A stretch of 64,000 nucleotides of DNA from NCBI GenBank assembly GCA_963761725.1, contig CAVXHP010000006.1:253534-317533 (forward strand). The letters are read 5' to 3'. The notes beneath the pieces were generated by a model. It was not told the origin of the DNA, made no database searches, and saw only the letters and a list, made by a program, of their open reading frames with translations. Position 1 is the first letter of the stretch. Each line of letters begins with the position of its first letter. This DNA comes from an uncultured Cytophagales bacterium. Lineage in GTDB: Bacteria; Bacteroidota; Bacteroidia; Cytophagales; Bernardetiaceae. Made by a program: the position numbers and the translations under genes. This document shows positions 1 to 8,687 of the stretch, piece by piece.

Positions 1-2253
1 TCCTGCTCCGATAGTAAACTCTCCAAATTGCTGATCATCATCTTCTTCTTCCTTTAGTTTTTGATGACCATAACCTAAAGAAATTGCAATTGTATTTGTT
101 GGCATACCAGGTTGAATAATTACAGGGAGTAAGTATTCTAATCCATCAACTGTAACTTTTGCTTGAGAAGTTTTTACTTCAACCGTTTCAAAACCAAGCT
201 CCTTTGCTTTGAGCATAGAAACAAGAACAGCATGTCCCCAAGTCAATTTTGTAATTGGATCTGGCGTTTCTTGTATCCAAGGATTATTTGCCATTGAACC
301 CGTTCCCATTACAGGGGAAGGATAAACTACTAATTCTACTTCATTTCCTTCGTAAGGAACAGTAGTTTTATAGTTTTTGGTAATATTAGCATTTACACTA
401 GACCAATCAGCCTCTGCATAAATTAGTTCTTTTTGATTATCTTCTTTTAAATTTATTTCTTCTTGATTGTCTTGCTCTACAACAGTACCCAAAACAATTT
501 CTTCTGCCGTAACTGTATCAGCATCAACTACAAAATCTGTTTTTGAAAAGTCTGTTTTTAGAGCAGCTAAAGTATCGCCTTGGTTTTGAGTGGCTTCATT
601 TGTTATTGAAGCAGTTCCTAGAGCCGATGACTTCATTCTACGAGTATAAACCCCATCATGAAGCACTTTTTTCCAAAAGTTATCAAAGTTCATACCTTTC
701 ATAGAAAGACCTTTGTTTTGCCAACTTTTACGAAGATATGTATAATAATCACCCTCCATTCCTGCCCAAGTCATTAAGCTGTCTTGAAACTGACGAGTAT
801 CAAAAATTGGATTAATGGTAGGTTGAATAAGACTTAAATGTCCTGCTTTTGGTTCTGCATCATTCCAAGATTCTAAATAGTGACGGTCTGGAGTTAGATA
901 CGTACAAAATTTAGCTGTTGCATCAATTCTGTCAGAAGTAGAAACAGACAACTTAGCTTTTGGAAGTGCTGCTGCAATTCTACCTCCCATTGGGTGGTCA
1001 TAAACAGGGTTACAGTTATAAAAAATTACACCTGCTCCGCTCTCCAAATCTTTTACAAATTCTGCCATTTGCTTATCATCGCCTTTACGTTGATAAGAAG
1101 GGTTTTGCATATCAATTGTAGTACCATAACTACCTAATTTTTGATTGATTGCATTTACAAGCTGCTGAATATCTGGGTCATTTGAGCCAGAAACTACAAG
1201 CACTTTTCCACCAGCAGATTTAATATCTTTGAGAAGCTGCTGATAATTTTTCTCTAAAACAGCATTTTCAAATTTGAAAGAACCACCAGCATTTCCGCCG
1301 ATAGCCTTATACAAAGCTGCTACAATAGCACCTTCTTGTGAAGGAGAAATCGGCAAACGATAATCTGCAGAAGCACCTGTATTTGTATAAACTGATTCAA
1401 TTTGATAATGGCGAGACATTGTTTTTTTCTTATCCGAAATTCTACGTGTCTTGGCGTATTGTACTGAATGTTCAACTTGTGAAAGCCAATAACCTAAAAA
1501 GTCAGCGTTTATAGAAACAATAAGCTCTGCTTTGTCAAAATTATAAGAAGGAACTACTTTTCTACCAAAACTACGGTAATTCGCCTCCATCATACCAGAA
1601 ACAGAAACAGGATCATAAGATACATGTTTTGCTCCCGTTTTAGCACAAAATTCATTTATAAGTTTTTGAGTAGTCGGGCTTACAACCGTCTGACTAACCA
1701 AACGAAGATTAGAACCAGTAGAAGAAATTTTTGACGAAATTTCATTATCAATTGTTTTCCAATCTACCTTTACTTTATCTTTTAGTGGGTGTTTTGCTTT
1801 TTCGTTATCATATAATCCTAAAACAGAAGCACTAATACGAGCATTTACTTTTCCTTGTGAAAGAGGAGAAAAGGCGTTTCCGTCTGCAAAAATAGGACGA
1901 CCTTCACGAGTTTTGATTACTACTGGACTAGCCTCACCACCATCTACAAAAGTAGAAGCGTAGTAATTTGGAATAGTGGGAATAACTTCTTCTGGTGCAG
2001 TAAGATATGGGATAGCATGTTTGACAGGAGCTTCACATGCAGTCAAAGAAACTGCTGCTACACTAAATCCCATCACTTTCAAGAAATCACGACGAGAGCT
2101 TTTCGTTACGTCGTCTTCCTCTTCTGTATTATCACCAAAGGTATCTTTTATTTTAAGATCCTTTGGAAATTCTTTTTCAGCGTTTTGGATAAATTCAGGC
2201 TCGTTCTTTAATTGTTCGATGCCTTTCCAATATATGCGTTCACTTAATTTCAT
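1..2253 (-). CDS. actB: Alternative complex III ActB-like molybdopterin-family/Fe-S oxidoreductase subunit (3' end cut by window edge)
   Basis: Minus-strand frame is open from ATG (complement of 2251-2253) to position 1 (751 codons). It is missing from the ORF track, probably because it has no stop codon inside the window. N-terminus reads MKLSERIYWKGIEQLKNEPEF, followed by a twin-arginine signal SRRDFLKVMGFSVAAVSLTAC. It lies directly downstream of the multihaem gene. Confidence 0.8.
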   Translation of the reverse strand, partial: MKLSERIYWKGIEQLKNEPEFIQNAEKEFPKDLKIKDTFGDNTEEEDDVTKSSRRDFLKVMGFSVAAVSLTACEAPVKHAIPYLTAPEEVIPTIPNYYASTFVDGGEASPVVIKTREGRPIFADGNAFSPLSQGKVNARISASVLGLYDNEKAKHPLKDKVKVDWKTIDNEISSKISSTGSNLRLVSQTVVSPTTQKLINEFCAKTGAKHVSYDPVSVSGMMEANYRSFGRKVVPSYNFDKAELIVSINADFLGYWLSQVEHSVQYAKTRRISDKKKTMSRHYQIESVYTNTGASADYRLPISPSQEGAIVAALYKAIGGNAGGSFKFENAVLEKNYQQLLKDIKSAGGKVLVVSGSNDPDIQQLVNAINQKLGSYGTTIDMQNPSYQRKGDDKQMAEFVKDLESGAGVIFYNCNPVYDHPMGGRIAAALPKAKLSVSTSDRIDATAKFCTYLTPDRHYLESWNDAEPKAGHLSLIQPTINPIFDTRQFQDSLMTWAGMEGDYYTYLRKSWQNKGLSMKGMNFDNFWKKVLHDGVYTRRMKSSALGTASITNEATQNQGDTLAALKTDFSKTDFVVDADTVTAEEIVLGTVVEQDNQEEINLKEDNQKELIYAEADWSSVNANITKNYKTTVPYEGNEVELVVYPSPVMGTGSMANNPWIQETPDPITKLTWGHAVLVSMLKAKELGFETVEVKTSQAKVTVDGLEYLLPVIIQPGMPTNTIAISLGYGHQKLKEEEDDDQQFGEFTIGAG

Positions 2254-2286
2254 TTTATTAGGTTTAAGTAGTTGAGCGTTAGTGGT

Positions 2287-3690
2287 TTAATAGTGACATT
2301 TAGAACATTCAAGCCCACCAATATCTTCAACTTTTAATGGTTCTTTTGAAGTAGAATTATGCAACTTAATAAGATTATCGTAATAATCATTTCCTTTTGC
2401 ATTTACATCCCACTCACGATGACAATTGATACACCAACCCATGGTAAGTAGTGAAACTTGTTGTACTACTTCCATTTCTTTTATATTGCCATGACACGTT
2501 TCACATTCAATACCACCTACTTTTACGTGTTGGGAGTGATTGAAGTAAGAAAGGTCTGGTAGATTATGAATACGAACCCATTGAATAGGTTCATTATTTT
2601 CGATAGCGTTATAGATTTTTTGAATTTCTGGAGAACCACGACGAATCTCGCCATGACAATTCATACAAACGTTTGCAGAAGGAATAACAGCAGATTTACC
2701 TTTTTCTACTCCTGAATGACAGAATTTACAATCAATTTCGTAAAATCCTGCATGTAATTTGTGAGAGAATGCAATAGGTTGAGTAGGAGCATATCCTTGC
2801 TGAACACCGATTGTCCAAAGTCCTGCAAAAAGTTCTTTTGCTCCAACAGCTACCAGTACGAATAATACGACACCAACAAATCCAGGGCTGGTAAAGAAGG
2901 CTTTAAAATTAAAAAGTGGTTGAGTAACTACTATATTTTCGTCCTCTTCTAACTTTTCTCTTTGTAAATAACCAGAAAGAACTGATGTAAGAACAACTAA
3001 TACTAAAGCTACTACTAATAATATAGCAATAAGAGAAATTACAATTCCTAATAAAAGACCAGAATTTGCAGTTCCACCAGCTTCACCGCCTGCAACAGCA
3101 CCTCCACCACCTGCAACAGCAGTAGTAGCAGAAGGAACAGGAACAGTATTTATGTAATCTAATATAGAAGCAACTTGATCATCAGAGAAAAAATCATGAT
3201 TTGGCATCATTTGACCGTACTCTTTATACAAGTCGGCTGCATATTGATTTCCTCCAGTAATTACTTTTTCTGGATATTTAATAAAATTAATGATTGCTGC
3301 ACGACTTTCCCAACGAGATTCTGCTCCAGCTAAAGCAGGACCGACCACTTTTTTGTGGACAGCATGACATTGCTGACAATTTCCCTCGAAAAGCTCTTTT
3401 CCTTGTGCTATTGCTTCTGGACTTGCTCCTCCAGCAGTAGCATCAGCCACAGTAGCATCAGGAGTTGTGGTAGCACCATCACCATCAGTAGGCGTTGTTT
3501 GTGCTGTTGTGTCTTGTTGAGCATAAGCACACTGTATTGAAAGTGTAGTTATGGTAGAGAAGACTAAAAGCATCAAAGCAAAACCAAAAGCACTTCCTTT
3601 TACATTTCTTTTAAGGCTTCGTCTGAATGACCGAAGTTTGTTTTCCTTGTCAGAATATGACTTTTGTATTAGTAGTTGTTTGAATAACAT
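2287..3690 (-). CDS. actA: Multihaem cytochrome c, ActA-like pentahaem module fused to an N-terminal monohaem cytochrome c domain
   Basis: Six CxxCH motifs: CQQCH, CKFCH, CMNCH, CETCH, CINCH and CSKCH. There is a signal/TM segment and a central TM helix. Probable ATG at 3690 (MLFKQLL...); the track ORF extends to a TTG at 3774. Confidence 0.8.
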   Translation of the reverse strand: MLFKQLLIQKSYSDKENKLRSFRRSLKRNVKGSAFGFALMLLVFSTITTLSIQCAYAQQDTTAQTTPTDGDGATTTPDATVADATAGGASPEAIAQGKELFEGNCQQCHAVHKKVVGPALAGAESRWESRAAIINFIKYPEKVITGGNQYAADLYKEYGQMMPNHDFFSDDQVASILDYINTVPVPSATTAVAGGGGAVAGGEAGGTANSGLLLGIVISLIAILLVVALVLVVLTSVLSGYLQREKLEEDENIVVTQPLFNFKAFFTSPGFVGVVLFVLVAVGAKELFAGLWTIGVQQGYAPTQPIAFSHKLHAGFYEIDCKFCHSGVEKGKSAVIPSANVCMNCHGEIRRGSPEIQKIYNAIENNEPIQWVRIHNLPDLSYFNHSQHVKVGGIECETCHGNIKEMEVVQQVSLLTMGWCINCHREWDVNAKGNDYYDNLIKLHNSTSKEPLKVEDIGGLECSKCHY

Positions 3691-4285
3691 ATTTTTTAAA
3701 TAATATAGGTGGCAAGCACAAAATGATAGAGATAAATGATTTGTAAAATTCCGTATTGTCTTTTCAGTAATCAAGATTTTGGCTTATCAATTTAGCTTTT
3801 ATGAGACTGTGCTGTTTTCGTTTACAAAATTAGTATGCGAATTGGTTTTTATCAATGTTTATTTCGAATTCCATCAAAATTTATTTTTCAATAAAAAAAC
3901 GCAACTCATTGACTTACAGTTTATTATGGTATTTTATAAAACTTTAAAGGATAATTTAAAATGATTCTAAATAATTTTGAGTTCTTTTTTTTACTTGTTT
4001 TTATAAAAAAAGGAATTTTCAGTTCTATTTCTTCAATTCTGAAATAACTTAATTACAACCGAATTGAAGCAATTTATCAAACCTTTATTTATTGTTTTTA
4101 TCCGTTATAAAATGTGTTACTATCAGAGATAGAAAAAGTTTGAATAAATTGAAAAGATTTATGTTAAATTCGTTATTTCATTTGTTTTCAATTGTAATAC
4201 TTAAACAAAAGTAGTTTTTTTTGAGTAAAAATCATAATCTCAAACAAAAAATATTTGAACGAAATCCTTCTTGATTCAAAGGCAA

Positions 4286-4317
4286 TAAAAAAAGCATAAA
4301 GTACAACCTTATGCTTT
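4286..4317 (-). terminator. Rho-independent terminator downstream of hmgA
   Basis: On the minus strand, hairpin AGCATAAGG..CTTTATGCT is followed by a T-run (complement of the A-run at 4286-4293). Confidence 0.5.
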
Positions 4318-4353
4318 TCTTCTAAAAATATTTTTTGCACAAAACCTTATATA

Positions 4354-5541
4354 CTATTCCAACCAACTATAGGCATAATTTGTATCTACATACTCCAAAG
4401 CTTGTTTTGTCAGATAAAGAGGACGAAATGTATCGACCATAACTGCATATTCATGAGTAGCTTTTTTACCAATACTTGCCTCATAGGTACCAGGGTGAGG
4501 ACCATGAACAATACCTCCAGGATGTATAGTAAAAGACCCTCTATCAATTCCTTTTCTGCTCATAAAATCACCTTCTGCATAGAAAAGCACTTCATCAGAA
4601 TCTATATTTGAATGATTGTACGGTGCAGGAATAGAATCTGGATGATAATCAAAAAGACGAGGCACAAAGGAACAAATTACAAAACCTCCCTCTGCTTGAA
4701 AGGTCTGATGAACAGGTGGCGGCTGATGAATACGTCCCGTAATTGGCTCAAAATCATAAATTGAAAGCGTATAAGGATACAAACACCCATCCCAACCCAC
4801 AACGTCTAAAGGAGAGAAATCATAAACATGTTGGTGTAAAAAATTTCCTTTTTTTGTTTTTATTAATGTCTCATTTAGTTCCTTTTCTGTAACTAATTCT
4901 TGTGGTGGATGAATATCTCGTTCGCAATAGGGAGAATGTTCTAAAAGTTGTCCCATTTTATTTCTATATCAATTAACTGTTTCGATAGGTGCACTAGATT
5001 CAGTAATCATCATTCTGACTTCTATTTTATTTCCATCTTCATCTACTTCTTCATCAAATTCCATTTTATATACTGTTGTTCTTGGAATGACTACATAATC
5101 TCCTTTTTTTACTCTTAGTTTTCCTTGTGGACAATACAGATACCCATTACCATCGTGCATATAAATCACTTCGTCTTTTTCACCATTTTTATAAAAGTAA
5201 TCCATTGTGTTTTTGCTTGGATTACAAATTGACAAAATACAATCATTATTGGCAAGCAAAGGAACACGAGCATCTAGAAAATCGCCTCCTGTTCTTTCGG
5301 AGAGTGAAGTCTTCAAGTGCATCGGCTGAAGTGGGTAATCTGTGAGCAATTCTGTTTTGATAGGAACTGGCTCAAGCATTTTTTTTATTCTTGTAGGTGG
5401 ATTGATATGATAAAGTATTGTATAGATACCATCAAATCCACGAGAACTGACGAGCTGTTCGTGATATAGACTACCATCTTCTTGTCTAAATTGTGTATGT
5501 CTTTTGGGAGGAATTTGTCCCATTTTTTGGTAATAACTCAT
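4354..5541 (-). pseudogene. hmgA: Homogentisate 1,2-dioxygenase interrupted by one in-frame TGA
   Basis: The two track ORFs (4969-5541 and 4354-4956) are in the same frame. They read ...SSAPIETVN-TGA-YRNKMGQLLEHSPYCERD..., with the TGA at complement of 4969-4971. The combined length of about 395 aa fits Bacteroidota HmgA, which has motifs such as HQPPPVHQTF and PAPYNHSNIDSDEV. Confidence 0.8.
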
Positions 5542-5828
5542 TTTTTAGTAGTGTTTATTATATGATTTTGTGGTTGGCTTATTTTGTTTTTTATTAAAAG
5601 TAGAACTCTGATAACTTATTTTAGTTTAGAGTTGAAACAATTAATGAGTTGCATTTATTTTTGTAATTCTTAGGTATAAGAAAGTACAATTTATTTGAAA
5701 ATGGAAATTTACATAAAAATAGTGCGACATCTCTATTAGCTAGGATTTTTTTTGTGTTATCTTTGTGCGTATTTTTAAATTGCTTTTTCTAAGAAAAATT
5801 TTCTTCAAAAAAACAGAAACAAACGTTC

Positions 5829-6980
5829 ATGTCTTCTACTTCCAATCCTAAACACAATCAACATTTGGAGAACTCTAAAGAGAATACTGAAAAAATAGCT
5901 GATGGTACTTCCAATGAAAAAGAAGTTTTCAAGACCCTTAATACAAATAAGATTTATATTCCTGTTTTAATTGGTCTAGGTGTTGCTATTTATTTTTTCT
6001 TAGAGAAAGTGGATATTCCTATTTTTGTGGAAGCATTAGGAAGGTCAAATTGGATTTGGTTTTTTGCTGCCTTAGTTATGCTTTTAGCTAGAGATGTGGG
6101 CTATGTCTATCGGATTCGAATGATTAGTGATAATGAACTTTCTTGGCAATCTAGTATTTATATTATTTTGTTGTGGGAGTTTGCTTCTGCTGTTACGCCT
6201 TCTGTGGTTGGTGGAACGGCTGTCGCTATTTTTATATTAAATAGAGAAGGATTGTCTTTTGGGAAGTCAATGGCGTATGTTATGATGACGGCATTATTAG
6301 ACAATTTATTTTTTATTCTTTTTTCTCCTCTGGCTATCTTTATTTCTAGTTCGTTTGACTTTGCTGTTTTCCCTCTTATTTCAGCCGACATGTTTAATGA
6401 ATTTGTGCAAAAACAGGGTTTGAAAGGAGCTTTTTATGTGAGCTATGGTCTGACAGTTATTTACGCTTTGTTTTTTGTTTATGGTTTGTTTATAAATCCT
6501 CGTGGTTTTAAGTGGCTATTAATAAGAGCAACTTCAATTCGCTTTTTGAGACGATTTAGAAAAGGTGCTATTACTACAGGAAACGAAATGATAATTGCTG
6601 CCAAAGCATTGCGTGGAAGTGGAGTTTCTCTTTGGGTAAAAGCAATTTTTCTCACTTTCTTTATATGGATAGCTCGTTATTTGATGCTAAACTGCCTCAT
6701 TTCTGCTTTTACGCCTCTTGCTGCTGTGGATCATCTTTTTGTATTTTCTCGTCAGATTGCAATGTGGATTGTTATGTTACTTTCTCCAACTCCTGGTAGT
6801 AGCGGAACAGCAGAAGCTGTTTTTTGTCTGTTTTATGCAGAATATTTGAGAACCGAATTTTGTGCTGCTGTAGGAATTTTATGGCGACTTTTCTATTATT
6901 ATCCTTATCTTTTTATTGGTGCGTTAATTTTGCCTCGTTGGTTGATACGAGTAAACAAGAAAAGGAAGGAAAAAAAATAA
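5829..6980 (+). CDS. Lysylphosphatidylglycerol-synthase-TM-region / flippase-like (UPF0104) membrane protein
   Basis: 383 aa and polytopic, with a hydrophilic N-terminus and a basic C-terminal tail. Overall resemblance to the UPF0104 family is judged from memory. Confidence 0.55.
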   Translation: MSSTSNPKHNQHLENSKENTEKIADGTSNEKEVFKTLNTNKIYIPVLIGLGVAIYFFLEKVDIPIFVEALGRSNWIWFFAALVMLLARDVGYVYRIRMISDNELSWQSSIYIILLWEFASAVTPSVVGGTAVAIFILNREGLSFGKSMAYVMMTALLDNLFFILFSPLAIFISSSFDFAVFPLISADMFNEFVQKQGLKGAFYVSYGLTVIYALFFVYGLFINPRGFKWLLIRATSIRFLRRFRKGAITTGNEMIIAAKALRGSGVSLWVKAIFLTFFIWIARYLMLNCLISAFTPLAAVDHLFVFSRQIAMWIVMLLSPTPGSSGTAEAVFCLFYAEYLRTEFCAAVGILWRLFYYYPYLFIGALILPRWLIRVNKKRKEKK

Positions 6981-6990
6981 ACCTCAAAAA

Positions 6991-7032
6991 ACCTTTATTT
7001 CTTATGTATCAGAAATAAAGGTTTTGCTTTTT
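6991..7032. terminator. Bidirectional hairpin terminator between convergent genes
   Basis: ACCTTTATTTC..GAAATAAAGGT stem with flanking A-run and T-run. Confidence 0.6.
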
Positions 7033-7069
7033 TATTTAGCTTTGATTACTAAAATGTAGAACTCAATTA

Positions 7070-7684
7070 TTATTCCCTTCTACCTTTTCTATTTTCACCA
7101 CGTTTTGCTTTTCGATCTGTTTTAATTTCTTGATAATTAGCAAATTGCTCATCTGAAAGAATAGATTTCAATTCAGTTTCGAAGGCTGTTTTCAGTTTCT
7201 CTACTTCTGTCTTATCTATTCTTTCTTCTCCTGCTGCTTCTTTTAGAGCTTTCATTTTAGTCATGCGAGTTATCAAAGCAGTCTTTACCTTTGCAGTTTG
7301 TGCATCATTTAAAGATAATTCTGTTTTCCATTTCTCTACCCGTTTTTCAGCTCGGCTTTCTGGGTTTTTGCGTTCTGCTTTTAATGCTTCTGCTTTTTTA
7401 CGCTGTTCTGGTGTCAGAATTTTGTCCATTTCTGCTTTAAATTCTGCTCGGTTTTCTTTTCTTTGAGTATTACTTTCTTCTTTCTTTTTTTGATGAAGAG
7501 CTTTTATTTGTTCTACTTGAGCATTAGAAAGTTCTAATTCTGTTTTCATTTTTTCTAACCTTTCCTTTTTATTGTGATGATGTTTTCCTTTCTCGTGTTC
7601 TTGAGCAAAACTACTGACCAAGAAAACAAATAATAAAGCAAAAACTAAAACTGAAGATAAAATAAGTTTTTGAATATTTTTCAT
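7070..7684 (-). CDS. Periplasmic Spy/CpxP-like LTXXQ-motif protein
   Basis: Signal peptide, then repeated L(S/T)xxQ motifs (LSNAQ, LTPEQ, LNDAQ, LSDEQ) in a Lys/Glu-rich helical protein. Confidence 0.65.
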   Translation of the reverse strand: MKNIQKLILSSVLVFALLFVFLVSSFAQEHEKGKHHHNKKERLEKMKTELELSNAQVEQIKALHQKKKEESNTQRKENRAEFKAEMDKILTPEQRKKAEALKAERKNPESRAEKRVEKWKTELSLNDAQTAKVKTALITRMTKMKALKEAAGEERIDKTEVEKLKTAFETELKSILSDEQFANYQEIKTDRKAKRGENRKGRRE

Positions 7685-7834
7685 AATTGATTAAAATTAA
7701 ATTTTGATTTAGTAAATAGATTTTAAATACTTTTATTTGTTGGTATTCGTAAGGTTAGATACAAACAAAAATCAAAGGTTTAATTTGAGGTAAACTCTTT
7801 TTATAAAACTAAAAATTCTACCAGTTTTTGAATA

Positions 7835-8527
7835 TCATTTCACAAAAACGAGTTTATCACAATCAAAAATAGCAGCAGGAGAAATTACATTTTCATTGAG
7901 CTTATTAATAGGAATTTTATTTCCGTATCGTTCTTTCATTTTATTCTTTACAATTTCATTTTCTATATCAAAACTAGATAGCTTTTCTAATTTTCCTAAT
8001 TGAATATTTAAAACTTCTTTATATATTTTCCACACCAGTTCAGAACAATAGATTTTTTCATCAGACCATTCAAAATAAAGGTCGTAATTCTTACCTAACA
8101 GATTTTTTCCTGTATCTTTCATTTTTTGTATTGCTTTGTCCGTCAAAATCTTATCAGCATCTTTCAACCGTTTAACAACAAAGTGAGAATTTTCTCCTCG
8201 TTTTATCCATTCCTTTAGAGGTGTAAATTTTACAGGCTGAACGGCTTCCAAAACTATAAAATCGTTTTCTTTGTCCGTATTAGATTTAAAAATGATTCCA
8301 ACATGACTATATTTAGAATTTGTAGCCAGTTGAATGGCTTTACTTTGAGAAGAAGTGGAGGTTTGAAAAATAATATCGCCTTCCTTTATAATTGATGCAT
8401 CTTTTGAAGTTTGTTCTGTAACCTGTTTTTCATTTGCAGTTTTTTGCTCTTCATAATTACAAGAAACAAGTGAAAAAAATAAAATAATGAAGTGAAAAAT
8501 GAAGTGAAAATAGTGTGAAAAAATCAT
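7835..8527 (-). CDS. YiiX/YaeF-type permuted papain-like (C92) hydrolase, lipoprotein
   Basis: Lipobox LVSC. Motifs GDIIFQTS, SHVGII, LEAV and YCSELVWKIY are typical of the YiiX family. Confidence 0.7.
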   Translation of the reverse strand: MIFSHYFHFIFHFIILFFSLVSCNYEEQKTANEKQVTEQTSKDASIIKEGDIIFQTSTSSQSKAIQLATNSKYSHVGIIFKSNTDKENDFIVLEAVQPVKFTPLKEWIKRGENSHFVVKRLKDADKILTDKAIQKMKDTGKNLLGKNYDLYFEWSDEKIYCSELVWKIYKEVLNIQLGKLEKLSSFDIENEIVKNKMKERYGNKIPINKLNENVISPAAIFDCDKLVFVK

Positions 8528-8687
8528 TTTGTTGTTTTGGTAAAAATTATTTGAGAATAAATTAAGCGTACATAAAAAACTTGCATAAGAATTTTTAGTT
8601 AAAAAGGCTAAAATACAATTTTTTGTTTTATATTCGCTTTATTAAAAGTAAACAGTGATTAGCGAGTTGGTACATTATAAAATAGAT

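Noticed and set aside
1976-2275. Numerous short track ORFs antisense to, or nested in, long well-supported genes. Examples: 1976-2275, 2017-2211, 3355-3540, 6158-6391, 7263-7466, 9877-10134, 12968-13240, 14794-15168, 17478-17687, 20536-20751, 21144-21530, 27233-27541, 29521-29811, 30654-30911, 40497-40709, 40798-41052, 41781-42365, 45239-47742 (several), 48896-49084, 50409-50639, 53237-53533 and 55086-55430.
   Set aside because: - Each is fully contained in a longer ORF with clear family motifs on the other strand or frame.
- Their compositions are those expected of off-frame translation of AT-rich coding DNA.
4966-4971. Selenocysteine, or TGA=Gly/Trp recoding, as the explanation for the hmgA in-frame TGA.
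   Set aside because: - The aligned position in homologues (from memory) is a conserved Arg within KRYRN, not Cys, Gly or Trp.
- HmgA is not a known selenoprotein.
- No obvious SECIS-like hairpin lies immediately downstream.
- A simple nonsense substitution is more parsimonious.
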